From Anaerolineales bacterium (lineage in GTDB: Bacteria; Chloroflexota; Anaerolineae; Aggregatilineales; J027): a stretch of 64,000 nucleotides of DNA. Below are positions 36,285 through 46,000 of this stretch, in pieces. The position numbers were made by a program, and so were the translations under genes. A model generated the notes under the pieces. That model was not told the DNA's origin, did not search any database, and saw only the letters and a program-made list of their open reading frames with translations. The stretch spans positions 982,711 through 1,046,710 of the forward strand of contig JACKCI010000001.1 of the NCBI GenBank assembly GCA_020634155.1, written 5' to 3'. Every line of letters starts with the position of its first letter. Within the stretch, counting starts at the first letter, position 1.

Positions 36285-38458
36285 GCTTTGTCTCCTGTCA
36301 ACATCCGTTCTTCATTTTCAACTTCCCGCAACGATAGACCCACTAGCACAATTCCCACCACGGCTACCACCAGCCGATTGAGCCAATAGTCATCCATACT
36401 GAGACTTTCTGGTTTCAGATAGGGTTGATAAGGCCATAGCCAAGGCTGAAAATAGTTCAAAGGATAGGGCGCAACATTCGGCGGCAACAGCAAATCGCCC
36501 ACGGCAACCATCCCAAACCACACCAGCAACACCGCCACCATTGCAAACACGGGTACCCGTGAGCGAATGCTGATATAGACCGCTAGACCACCCAACATCA
36601 ACATTGGCGGAATCCAGCGCACCAAGGCCAAAACCCATTGGGCATCCTGCGTTATCCACACCGTGAGCAAAGCACCCCCCATTGCAATAATGCTTTGAAT
36701 CGCCACAATCACCAGCAAGCGTTCCAGCAATATCCAGAAAGGACGGCGCGGGCAGGCCATCAATATCTCTAGGGCGCGGTCACTATCTGGTGTCAGAGCA
36801 AATGCGGCCTGAAAAGCCACCGCCAACGGCACAATGATTTCCACCAAACGGCGGGTATCGGCAACGTCAAAGTCACTGGTAAATAGCGTTAGAACCAGTA
36901 AGCCCACACTAGCAAGCGGAGCCACCCAGCCCAACAGCCGCCAACTGACCGCCCATGCGGGTTGACGGGGGCGTGTATAGGCCGCAATACCCATTGAGCC
37001 AATCAATGCCAGTGCCACCAACCCCAAGGCAACCCCACTAAACCATGCCCAAGGTCGAGTTGCGGGAATACCCACCGCAAATTGAGTACGGTGTATTCGA
37101 CTGGCACAGGCGGTATTCGGTGGTACAGCGGGGTTGTCTAGAAAGCTAATGACAATACCCATTGAGCAGGCGTTAACACCATTGAGGACGACATGCCCCG
37201 TGCGTGGGAACTCCACCACATAACCATTAGTTAGCGTCTCGGCTGCGAGATATGCATAGCGTGGTGGTGTAGCGGTATCATATTCCCCCGCCAAAAGCAG
37301 CGTTGGAATATCACTCACAATTGACTGATTATCAATCGGGTTAGCAACAACCTCCCCTAGCCATTCATGACACAATTCCCTTGAGGTGACAGAGAGCATA
37401 GGGCGATAGGGGCGTGGCAAGGTCTCATACACCGCTTCAAGACCTTGCCAATCCACAAATGGAGCCTCCTCACTGCACATCACCGATAACGCCATACCAT
37501 GTACGGCATTGCTACGGGCTACCGCATCAACCAAGCGCTCTGATAGCTCATATTCGCCATGCTCAAGGTCGTCCAGCAGTGACGGCAGCAGGGGAAAAAT
37601 GCTCTGGTCGGCAATGAGTTGATAAAGACCAGTCTGTAGCGCATCACCATCCAAAACAAACGGTTCGTCGTTGATGACAAGCTCAATCGGTTCATGCTCC
37701 AATTGGGCAAAAAGCCGTTCATAGCGCCCCTGCAAATCGGGATAGACCAGAGTGCAAAGTAAGTCATCATGGCAGGCGTCGAAGAGCTTATACAGCATTG
37801 GTTCAATTCCCAACGCCTCATCAAGATACAAATTGGCATTGGGCGGGAAGACTGAATCGAGGATAGCGCTCCGAACTCCATCGGGATAATCGCGCATAAC
37901 GACCAGCCCCAAGCGTGTGCCATACGATGTCCCCCATAGATTCCAGCGTTCAATGCCAAGAGTCTGCCGCAGCATCTCCACATCAGCGGCGTTTTGGGTG
38001 GTAGTATAGGCTGCCAAGTTAATGTCTTGAGCCGTTAGCGCGGCATAGCAGGCCCGCATATCCGCGACATAATCTAATGACTGGTGCGGGCAAGCCAAAC
38101 TGGGTTGGGAAGCACCACTGCCGCGCTGGTCGAGATAAATGAGGTCGCGCTCTTGGCGAATGGCCTCAACCAAGGGGGTATCTACTGAGAGGCCCACTGC
38201 CCTACCCCCCGGCCCACCAACCAACACTAAAACAGGGTCAGGCAATGGATTCTCGGCGGTACTGCGAACAATACCAACCATGAGACGGATGGATGGCCCC
38301 TCTGGATGGGCATAGTCTTCTGGCACAGTGAGATACCCGCATTCATGTTCTTGCCAGTTGGCTGGGCAAGGTGCTGGCTCCCAACGCGCTGGCTTGTTAT
38401 CTTGAGCAGCCACAGGACTGACCATAAACAGTAGCAGGCCCAACATCAGCCTTCTCAT
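36281..38458 (-). CDS. Secreted alpha/beta-hydrolase (S33/TAP-like peptidase) fused to a C-terminal polytopic membrane domain
   Basis: Signal peptide MRRLMLGLLLFMVSPVAAQD. LVGGPGG oxyanion region. Nucleophile elbow WGTSYGT. The C-terminal 270 aa or so has about 7-8 TM helices. ATGA overlap with the upstream stop. Confidence 0.75.
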   Translation of the reverse strand: MRRLMLGLLLFMVSPVAAQDNKPARWEPAPCPANWQEHECGYLTVPEDYAHPEGPSIRLMVGIVRSTAENPLPDPVLVLVGGPGGRAVGLSVDTPLVEAIRQERDLIYLDQRGSGASQPSLACPHQSLDYVADMRACYAALTAQDINLAAYTTTQNAADVEMLRQTLGIERWNLWGTSYGTRLGLVVMRDYPDGVRSAILDSVFPPNANLYLDEALGIEPMLYKLFDACHDDLLCTLVYPDLQGRYERLFAQLEHEPIELVINDEPFVLDGDALQTGLYQLIADQSIFPLLPSLLDDLEHGEYELSERLVDAVARSNAVHGMALSVMCSEEAPFVDWQGLEAVYETLPRPYRPMLSVTSRELCHEWLGEVVANPIDNQSIVSDIPTLLLAGEYDTATPPRYAYLAAETLTNGYVVEFPRTGHVVLNGVNACSMGIVISFLDNPAVPPNTACASRIHRTQFAVGIPATRPWAWFSGVALGLVALALIGSMGIAAYTRPRQPAWAVSWRLLGWVAPLASVGLLVLTLFTSDFDVADTRRLVEIIVPLAVAFQAAFALTPDSDRALEILMACPRRPFWILLERLLVIVAIQSIIAMGGALLTVWITQDAQWVLALVRWIPPMLMLGGLAVYISIRSRVPVFAMVAVLLVWFGMVAVGDLLLPPNVAPYPLNYFQPWLWPYQPYLKPESLSMDDYWLNRLVVAVVGIVLVGLSLREVENEERMLTGDKA

Positions 38459-39246
38459 GCCAGTTCTCCCACCCACCAATCTTCATCTCCGCCAAGCCAC
38501 AGCGCCACCATCCCCAACCCAGCGGCAAGCATCAGCAGGAAGGGGCGAGCCGAAACGGAGAGTAGGTCGGGTGCATTGAAAAACGCGGCCATATCGGAAT
38601 GGACAAAGACCCACAACACAAAGCAGGTCAGGGCGCTCATCATGGGGTCGCGGGTAAACACGCCTAAGCAGAAGGCTAATGCCGAGAGAAAGGTCATCGG
38701 CACCAACCATGCCACCACCAAAGGCCATAGCGACAGGCCACTTTGGATCATGACTAAGGTCACGCTGGCTGCCAAGCCAAGCGCCAAGTTGAAACCATAC
38801 ACAAGCGTCAGGCGGGCCAGCAAGACCACACGAGGCGAAACAGGCATCGAGAGCAAAATCTCCATGGGCGGGTCAACGACGGGGCCATAGATGAAGGCGA
38901 CCCCTGCCGCCGATACCAAGGGAGCCAGCAACGCCAAGGCTTGGGCCGAGGAAGCCTGATATTGAGCAATGGTCACAAAGACCCCCAGCGTCATAATCAG
39001 CAGCGATGCCAACCAGATTTCGCGCCGCACCACCCGTATCTGCGCCTTGAGAATTAGCCATAGCTGTCTCCAATAGGATTGTTGTGGGGCGGACGGCATC
39101 TCAGCTACAAGGGCCGCCAAGCGTGGGGCAGTAGTGACAAGCGGAACATCACGCAATTGCTGGATAAGCGGAAATAAAGCCTCGGCCTCCTCGGTTGAGC
39201 CAAGGTCTTCCTCTAATAGTCGGCGTAAACGGTCTTCAGGCTTCAT
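38455..39246 (-). CDS. Polytopic membrane protein, probable anti-sigma factor
   Basis: A cytoplasmic helical N-terminus of about 60 aa (MKPEDRLRRLLEEDLGSTEEAEALFPLIQQL) is followed by about 6 TM helices. ATG at 39246 after GGAGG. Overlaps the ECF sigma stop by 11 nt. No zf-HC2 motif. Confidence 0.55.
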   Translation of the reverse strand: MKPEDRLRRLLEEDLGSTEEAEALFPLIQQLRDVPLVTTAPRLAALVAEMPSAPQQSYWRQLWLILKAQIRVVRREIWLASLLIMTLGVFVTIAQYQASSAQALALLAPLVSAAGVAFIYGPVVDPPMEILLSMPVSPRVVLLARLTLVYGFNLALGLAASVTLVMIQSGLSLWPLVVAWLVPMTFLSALAFCLGVFTRDPMMSALTCFVLWVFVHSDMAAFFNAPDLLSVSARPFLLMLAAGLGMVALWLGGDEDWWVGELA

Positions 39247-39790
39247 GGCTATCCTCCATGGCATGGCGCAAGCGTCGCAAGCCCAAACTCAAGCGCGATT
39301 TAACTGTCCCCAAGGGAATTCCCAGCACCTCGGCAATTTGGTCAAGTGGCAACTCTTGGTAGTAACGTAGGACAATCACCTCGCGCTGATGGTCGGGGAG
39401 GGTTTGCAACAGGGTCAGCACATCATGGGCAGCTTCGGTCTGCACCAAGCCCTCCTCCACGCTTGTGGTGGGTTCAGTCATTAAGTCAAGAACCTCATCA
39501 TCTACCGATTGGGTGCGACGGGTGTCGGCCTGTTTCATGTGGTTACGGACAAGGTTGGTGGCAATGGCATATAACCATGCCTTAAAGGGACGTGGGTATT
39601 GATAACTGTCGATGCCACGCCACACCCGCAAAAACGCCTCTTGTACAAGGTCTTCACTGAGCAAACGGTTGCCTCCTGTCAAGCGGTATACATAGCCGAT
39701 CAAGGCATCATGATGGCGCTCGACTAAATTCACCAAATCTTGTTGTTGGCCCTGCTGAACACCGAGAGCCAAGGCTTCATCTGAAAGCAC
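39236..39790 (-). CDS. ECF-type RNA polymerase sigma factor
   Basis: Region 2 LVQEAFLRVW. Region 4 LPDHQREVIVLRYYQELPLDQIAEVLGIPLGTVKSRL. GTG start after AAGGAG. Confidence 0.9.
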   Translation of the reverse strand: MLSDEALALGVQQGQQQDLVNLVERHHDALIGYVYRLTGGNRLLSEDLVQEAFLRVWRGIDSYQYPRPFKAWLYAIATNLVRNHMKQADTRRTQSVDDEVLDLMTEPTTSVEEGLVQTEAAHDVLTLLQTLPDHQREVIVLRYYQELPLDQIAEVLGIPLGTVKSRLSLGLRRLRHAMEDSHEA

Positions 39791-39878
39791 CGTCGGTTCT
39801 CCTTAGCCTCTGATACAACCTTGTACCCAAAAAGTTCACGCGAAAAACGGTATAGTTGAAGCAAAAGGAGATTTTGCG

Positions 39879-40679
39879 ATGCCCCAAACAATCGCCAATG
39901 GTGTGAACTATTATTATGAGGATAGTGGAAGTGGCCCTGAAACGCTGGTCTTTGCTCATGGCCTGCTGTGGAGTGGGCGCATGTTTGATGCTCAAGTCGT
40001 GGCGTTCAAAGACCGCTATCGTTGCATCACCTATGACTTCCGAGGACAAGGCAGAACTGAGGTGACCGCTGGCGGGTATGACATGGATACCCTTTACGAG
40101 GATACGGTTGCGCTTCTAGAAAGCCTAAAAGCCACCCCTTGTCATTTTGTTGGCCTTTCGATGGGTGGCTTTATCGGAATGCGAATCGCCATTCGCCGCC
40201 CCGAACTGCTCAAGTCCCTCATTCTGCTGGAGACAAGCGCCGACCCCGAACCCAGCGAGAATATCCCCAAATACAAGCTGCTCAATATGATTGCCCGCTG
40301 GTTTGGCTTTAAGCCTGTCACCAAGCCCATCATGAAAATCATGTTCGGGCAGAAATTCCTAACGGACACCACCCGCCCTGAACTCTACGCGGAGATGGTA
40401 CGCCAGCTCCATGCCAATGACCGCATCGGCATTACCCGCGCTGTGATGGGTGTGATTGAGCGCCAAGGGGTCTATGACCAGATTGACCAAATCAAGACCC
40501 CTACCCTCATTTGTGTTGGTGATCAAGATGTGGCAACCGTCCCCGCTAAGTCTGAACGCATGAACGCCCGCATCCCCAACTCACAGTTGGTCATGATTGC
40601 TGGGGGTGGGCATACCTCCTCAGTGGAGGAACCGGAGGCCATCAATCAAGCTATCACCAGTTTCTTATCAAGCCTCTAG
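39879..40679 (+). CDS. Alpha/beta hydrolase (enol-lactonase/haloperoxidase-like)
   Basis: FAHGLLWSG and nucleophile elbow FVGLSMGG. C-terminal GGGH. RBS AAGGAG. Confidence 0.85.
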   Translation: MPQTIANGVNYYYEDSGSGPETLVFAHGLLWSGRMFDAQVVAFKDRYRCITYDFRGQGRTEVTAGGYDMDTLYEDTVALLESLKATPCHFVGLSMGGFIGMRIAIRRPELLKSLILLETSADPEPSENIPKYKLLNMIARWFGFKPVTKPIMKIMFGQKFLTDTTRPELYAEMVRQLHANDRIGITRAVMGVIERQGVYDQIDQIKTPTLICVGDQDVATVPAKSERMNARIPNSQLVMIAGGGHTSSVEEPEAINQAITSFLSSL

Positions 40680-42215
40680 TAGTGCTGCCTGAGCCAACCA
40701 CTTCAGACTCCGACTGATTTCAGCTTGCACAATCATCTGAATCTGGTCGGGGTCTTCAATGGGTTGGCCCTGCTTGCGGAAGGTAAACTCACCCGCCGCT
40801 ACCAATTCTTGCATAGAAGCCAAGAGCGCGGGTTGGTCATGGGTACCATCCAGACGCTGCATTAACCGATGGGCAAAGGCATCTAACTTCACGCGCTCAT
40901 GGCGCAGATTCGCCACATAGCTACCCGATTCACTCTGATAACGGGCAATACGGCTGGCAAGGGGTTTATCACTCACATCCAACGTAAACGGCAGCGATGC
41001 CGAATATAGGCTGACGAGGCGTTCACTGTAGCAAAAAGCCTGCATGAGATTATGGGCCAGCACCACTCCATCTTCTTCCCCTATATCTTCCAAGAAAGCC
41101 ATAAAAGGTATAGGCAATGGCGATACTTGCATCAGGTAATCCATCACAGAACAAGTTAAGGGATGGTTGGTGACAAAGCGTACCCCAGCAGCAGTCTGAT
41201 AAGCATGAGCATCGGGATGCTCTGGGTCAGGGGGGGAAACCTGTGCAGTACTGGCTACTGCCAAGCGCATCAAGATACTCGGTTCCAACCGTCGGCTGAT
41301 GGTCAGATCGTCATGAACCAACAAGGTACGCCGAAAGGTACGATTACGGGCAAAATCCATATATTGCTCATGGTCTATCATGCTCTTGGACACGCCATTC
41401 ATGTAACCCACCATCGACTTCGGGAAATTGAAGGGAAACATCGTGGAAAACTCAGCCTCACCCAAATATTGCAGGCCATGTTGTCCGGCGTGGTGGGCAA
41501 ATTGATGGAAGTACACCGCATCATGGCAATCCGCCAATTCGCCATGCAGGAGCGCCCCAACATGACGCGGCTGGGTCTCCTCAATCATACTCTCCAGCAT
41601 GGTATCATACATATCAAAAAAGGCGGTATAGGCTGTATTCTCTCCAGCTTTCAAGCCAACCGACCATTCATGGATAAGTTCGCGGGCAAGCGTGAAGCAC
41701 TCTTCAGGGTCATCGACATCTTGAATACGATACAGCATCATCTCCCGCGCCACCCCAAAGAAGTGCCAACCGGGGTAGACATCATAGCTGATATACGCCA
41801 CGCCTTGACGCGCAAGGTGTCGCTTACAGGTCGCTAACAGTGCATCTTTGATGGGGTCAGGTATCCACGAGTACACACCATGGGCAATGATATAATCAAA
41901 TTGCCCTAACGTCTCATCCACCTCCATAATATCAAGATGTCGAAAGGTGATATTGTGAAGGTCTAGTGCCGTGGCGGTGGCTTGGGCTTCCTCAATCTGC
42001 CTAGAGGAATAATCAATCCCGACAAAAGTGCTATTCGGCAACGTATAGGCCATCGGGATAAGGTTACTCCCACTGGCACACCCAATCTCCAAGACCCGAC
42101 AGTAGTCAGTTGGCGGCGGATTAAGGCCGAGCAAGATGGCGGGTATCGCCAAGCGGTCAGGGTGGGTGTGGTAATGGCACAAATTGGGGTATAAAACGTC
42201 ATTGTAATCCGTCAT
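40668..42215 (-). CDS. SAM-dependent methyltransferase with C-terminal methyltransferase-regulatory domain
   Basis: YNDVLYPNLCHYHTHPDRLAIPAILLGLNPPP...CRVLEIGCASGSNLIPMA is the typical N-terminus of this family. ATG at 42215 after AAGGA. Confidence 0.8.
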   Translation of the reverse strand: MTDYNDVLYPNLCHYHTHPDRLAIPAILLGLNPPPTDYCRVLEIGCASGSNLIPMAYTLPNSTFVGIDYSSRQIEEAQATATALDLHNITFRHLDIMEVDETLGQFDYIIAHGVYSWIPDPIKDALLATCKRHLARQGVAYISYDVYPGWHFFGVAREMMLYRIQDVDDPEECFTLARELIHEWSVGLKAGENTAYTAFFDMYDTMLESMIEETQPRHVGALLHGELADCHDAVYFHQFAHHAGQHGLQYLGEAEFSTMFPFNFPKSMVGYMNGVSKSMIDHEQYMDFARNRTFRRTLLVHDDLTISRRLEPSILMRLAVASTAQVSPPDPEHPDAHAYQTAAGVRFVTNHPLTCSVMDYLMQVSPLPIPFMAFLEDIGEEDGVVLAHNLMQAFCYSERLVSLYSASLPFTLDVSDKPLASRIARYQSESGSYVANLRHERVKLDAFAHRLMQRLDGTHDQPALLASMQELVAAGEFTFRKQGQPIEDPDQIQMIVQAEISRSLKWLAQAALLEA

Positions 42216-42239
42216 AAGATTTCCTTGGAGGCTCAATAC

Positions 42240-43040
42240 ATGCTCAGTAAAGGTTGGCTCACACCACTCTTGATTGTGTGCCTATTGCACCCATTGGTCA
42301 AGACCAACGGACAAGATGAACTTAAACCCACTTACCCTGACATCCGCTATGTCGAAGATGGGGATTACAGCCAAAAGGTCGATATTTATCTACCAGAGAC
42401 CGACAATGAAGCGGCACTACCCACCATTCTGCTCCTACATGGTAGCGGGTATACCAAGTGGGATATGGAACCCCTCGCGGCCTATTTTGTAGCACAGGGT
42501 TACGCAGCTATCGCTGTTGAATATCGCAGCCGACGCGAGGTGTTCATCAATGATCTATTCTGCGCCTTGGCATGGACACATGCTGAAGCTGAGACCTATG
42601 GTTTTGATAGCACCCGCCTGATTGTGCTAGGGCATTCGATGGGGGGTTATGGGGCGGCGGCTTTGGGGATTGTCGATGATACGGCCCCCTATATGGAGGA
42701 ATGTCCACACACTCTCCCCGAAACTGACCGCCTCCAAGCTGTGATTTTGTTTGGAGCTGGAGCCGATGAGAGCATCATGCCCCAAATTGACGGCAACGAA
42801 CCGCCATTTTTGCTGGTACATGGAGACAAGGATACACGTGTGCGACCTGCGATTGCCGAGAGTCTTGTCAATGCCCTTGCTGATGCCGAAGATGATGTCA
42901 CACTAGTCATCCTGCCGGATGTTGGTCATTATTTCACCAACCCCACCAGTGAACCCGGTCAACTCGCCATTGAAGCCGTTGCCACCTTTTTAGATAACCT
43001 TGAGGAAAAGACACCATCCCATGAAGATAGTAACGATTAA
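42240..43040 (+). CDS. Secreted alpha/beta hydrolase/esterase
   Basis: LLLHGSGY, VLGHSMGG, HGDKD..V, PDVGH. ATG at 42240 after GGAGG. Confidence 0.75.
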   Translation: MLSKGWLTPLLIVCLLHPLVKTNGQDELKPTYPDIRYVEDGDYSQKVDIYLPETDNEAALPTILLLHGSGYTKWDMEPLAAYFVAQGYAAIAVEYRSRREVFINDLFCALAWTHAEAETYGFDSTRLIVLGHSMGGYGAAALGIVDDTAPYMEECPHTLPETDRLQAVILFGAGADESIMPQIDGNEPPFLLVHGDKDTRVRPAIAESLVNALADAEDDVTLVILPDVGHYFTNPTSEPGQLAIEAVATFLDNLEEKTPSHEDSND

Positions 43041-43527
43041 CGAAGCCGACCTTGAACGCTATTGGGCCTTGCGCCTAGAAGCACTTAAAACCAGCCCAGA
43101 GGCCTTCGGGAGCGATTATGAAACTGACCAACATCTCCCGTTAGAGCAAGTGCGGGAGCGGGTGAGGGGCTTCCATAATGAGAATTTCGTGGTGGCGGCT
43201 GAACTGGATGGGCAGTTGCTCGGCATGGTCGGATTTCTGCGGAACCATCGCATCAAGACCAAGCACAAAGGCTTTATTTGGGGTGTGTATGTGCGTTCAC
43301 AAGCACGGGGTCAAGGGGTTGGGCGTACCTTAATGGAAGAAACCCTCCGCCGCGCCCGCCAGATGGAGGGACTACTCGCCGTCCATTTGGCGGTGGTCGC
43401 TACCAATACCAGCGCCAAGGCTCTGTATGAATCGCTTGGATTCAAAGCCTATGGTCTGGAACGGCGAGCGTTATTGGTCAATGGCACCTTCTACGATGAG
43501 GTGTTGATGGAGCTTGACCTCGATTAA
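43021..43527 (+). CDS. GNAT family N-acetyltransferase
   Basis: Acetyl-CoA motif VRSQARGQGVGRTLMEE...ALYESLGF. ATG at 43021. Confidence 0.85.
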   Translation: MKIVTINEADLERYWALRLEALKTSPEAFGSDYETDQHLPLEQVRERVRGFHNENFVVAAELDGQLLGMVGFLRNHRIKTKHKGFIWGVYVRSQARGQGVGRTLMEETLRRARQMEGLLAVHLAVVATNTSAKALYESLGFKAYGLERRALLVNGTFYDEVLMELDLD

Positions 43528-44456
43528 TCGGCGGCTGAGGCAGCAGGGTCATTGAGCAAGCCATGGGCTTCAAGGCGGGCATGGTAGCGTTCAAGCGTTG
43601 CCTGCCCGTAGCTGATAAAATGCCCTTTCACTTGGTGTTCATCAAGTTGGACTTCGCTCGCAGTCAAGAGTTGGGGTTGAAATTTGCGGATTTTGCGCTG
43701 CATCTCCCAGCGTTCTAGGGCATCACCCCAGCGCCCGCCAAATAGCCATTCTAAGCTATGCTTCAGCCAGCGTCCAAGGAAGCGGGGTTGCTGGTCAGGT
43801 TCTTGATAAAACACACCTTGCGCGTTGGGTAGCACGACCTCTGTCCATTGATTGGCATCGCGCATTTGGTGATACCACCTATGCCCAACTACTGGCACCA
43901 TCTGAGTAATTTCGTGAGCCATAAAGAGATGACGCTCATCTTGAGCAAGGGAGTTCTCTGCCAGCACATAATTGGGGCATAGCACCACCCCCCACAACTT
44001 GGTAAGCCGCACCAGCATTACCGCAAAGAGACGCGCTAACCAGACCCGTCCCTCACGCACCACCAATAAATAATCAAGGTCATCGTCGGTACTGCCAGCA
44101 TTGCGAACCGCCAAGGCACCCGTCAAGGCTACCATCTGCACAAAGGGCAAATAGCCAAGCCATACCCCATAGCGACGGGCCTGCCTCCATAGGTGCTGCG
44201 AAGCGACTTCACGTTGGCGGCGAGCCTCGAAAATAGACCCACGGCCCACGATAGCATAACAGGTAAGCGACCCCACCTGTTCCCTAATGAGCCATTGCGC
44301 CAAATCGGGAGAGGGCTGTGCCAACGTCTGCTGAACTTCAGCCGCTGTCGCTCGTACCTCAATCAGATAATAGTGGATTTCAGCCGCCGTCATGGGAAAA
44401 CTAAAGACATCCCCATAAAACAGGGTGCGGACAATCGCCCGTTCCAGTGCGTTCAT
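43524..44456 (-). CDS. Hypothetical protein with possible polymerase-beta-type nucleotidyltransferase fold
   Basis: ALTGALAVRNAGSTDDDLDYLLVV resembles the hG[GS]..D.D minimal NTase motif. The N-terminal 70 aa or so could be a winged helix. ATG at 44456. Confidence 0.4.
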   Translation of the reverse strand: MNALERAIVRTLFYGDVFSFPMTAAEIHYYLIEVRATAAEVQQTLAQPSPDLAQWLIREQVGSLTCYAIVGRGSIFEARRQREVASQHLWRQARRYGVWLGYLPFVQMVALTGALAVRNAGSTDDDLDYLLVVREGRVWLARLFAVMLVRLTKLWGVVLCPNYVLAENSLAQDERHLFMAHEITQMVPVVGHRWYHQMRDANQWTEVVLPNAQGVFYQEPDQQPRFLGRWLKHSLEWLFGGRWGDALERWEMQRKIRKFQPQLLTASEVQLDEHQVKGHFISYGQATLERYHARLEAHGLLNDPAASAAD

Positions 44457-44494
44457 CAATGCCAACCTCTGTGCTATCAGATTACAAGCAATCG

Positions 44495-46000
44495 TTACGG
44501 GCTGTCAAACGCCCACACCCAAAGATTACTATAGCTGCAACTCCCAACGCCAGCGGCATAGTTGAGAAGGGTAGCGCCGATTTCTCCAATTGTCGGTGGC
44601 GCAAAAGTGGACGCGAAGAACTCACCATTCACATACAAAGCCGCCCACTCACCGTCCAAAATAGCAATCAAACGTGTAGCGCCATCCGAGACAGGTTCTA
44701 GTGGCGTTGGCACCGTATCATAAGCGTTGAATTGGAGAATACCATCCCGCACCCGCACCAGAGCCGCCCCGCCTGCTGTATCCGCGTAGGCAATCAACTG
44801 GTTAGCATCGTTGGTATGTCGTAGGGCAACCCCACACCCAATGTCTCCGCCTGCGGGGAATGTGACATCAACCCCTACCACATAGTTGTAACCCGCTTCA
44901 TTGCTCTGGGTATAGAAGCGGTTCTGCTGTGGATTAATTTGATAACCCGTCTCATTAATAAACAGGGTTCGACGCCCTTCCGTTGTAATCATGCCAAGTT
45001 CACTGAATTCAGCCGTAATATCTTCTGGACGCCCTGAGCGCCAATTTGTCAATGTGCTGGGGTAAGCAGGTTCAGGGCTGGCCTCTGGAACCGTAAGCAA
45101 GATATTATCCACTTGGGCAAGGGCCGCTAATTGGCTGCCATAAATGTGGAAGCCCCACAGCCCTGTCAGCGCATCACTAACCGGAATTTCGGCTAACAAG
45201 GCCCCATTGAGAAAAAGCTTAAGTATGTTACCCTCAGCCCATACTCCCAATGCAAAACGCTCGGCAGGCAATTGAGTATCAGCGGTGGGCGGTTGTACGG
45301 TCTCTTGCACACCCCCCTGTTGACGCAGTAGCGACCATGTACCATTAGGGCTGACCGCGAAATAGTAGCCATCGCCGTTAGTCGTTGCCCAAAAAAACAG
45401 GCCTACGCTGGCGTTGTTATCGCCCGATACCCACTGAAAATCTGCCTGTAGATAGAAATCATCAATCGCTACCTGTCCTGCGGGGATACTGGTTAAGCGC
45501 CGTCCCACCAATCCCTCGGTACTGAGCAGCAAGGTATCCTGTTGTTGCTTGGCGTATGGCCCTACCCAGCGCGAGGCATTGCCCACAAACGATTCGCTTT
45601 CCCAGACATGGGCATAACCGGGAACCAGCCACAAGCGATAATCCCCACTGCCTGCATAGCTCCCCACCCGAATGCCATAGGTGATATTCTGTTGAAAAGG
45701 AACAGCTTGCACAGCGGCATCAAAGACCTTACCCGTGATATGGTCATCGTTTTGGGCAATAATCGCACCATTGGGGTCATAGATGGCAATGGTGGGGTCA
45801 AGGTCGTCCGCAATACGCTGTACAATCACATTAAGGGATTGGTTTTGGGTCGGCGTGAATTGCCATTCTTGCGTTTGGGTAGCACTGACCGACCCCGTAA
45901 CCGATGCCCCAACGCTAATTGTGGGGTTTTGGGCCTGCGTTGAACCTGCTAGACTGATGGACATCATGATAATGAGTAGTGCAAGCATGAAACGATTCAT
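44495..46000 (-). CDS. Secreted protein with PPC (pre-peptidase C-terminal)-like domain and beta-sandwich modules
   Basis: Signal peptide MNRFMLALLIIMMSISLAGSTQAQ (ATG at 46000 after AAAGGA). GASVTGSVS...EWQF...LDPTIAIYDPNGAIIAQNDD...GDYRLWL is PPC-like. Later modules resemble the first CDS of the window. Confidence 0.6.
   Translation of the reverse strand: MNRFMLALLIIMMSISLAGSTQAQNPTISVGASVTGSVSATQTQEWQFTPTQNQSLNVIVQRIADDLDPTIAIYDPNGAIIAQNDDHITGKVFDAAVQAVPFQQNITYGIRVGSYAGSGDYRLWLVPGYAHVWESESFVGNASRWVGPYAKQQQDTLLLSTEGLVGRRLTSIPAGQVAIDDFYLQADFQWVSGDNNASVGLFFWATTNGDGYYFAVSPNGTWSLLRQQGGVQETVQPPTADTQLPAERFALGVWAEGNILKLFLNGALLAEIPVSDALTGLWGFHIYGSQLAALAQVDNILLTVPEASPEPAYPSTLTNWRSGRPEDITAEFSELGMITTEGRRTLFINETGYQINPQQNRFYTQSNEAGYNYVVGVDVTFPAGGDIGCGVALRHTNDANQLIAYADTAGGAALVRVRDGILQFNAYDTVPTPLEPVSDGATRLIAILDGEWAALYVNGEFFASTFAPPTIGEIGATLLNYAAGVGSCSYSNLWVWAFDSP

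Noticed and set aside
41163-41837. 224-aa plus-strand ORF inside the methyltransferase gene.
   Set aside because: It is antisense to a CDS with clear family motifs, and has no RBS or recognisable domain.
45783-45986. N-terminal 68 aa of the listed 207-aa plus ORF.
   Set aside because: It is antisense to the well-supported secreted PPC-domain gene. The lipoprotein signal begins only at 45987.
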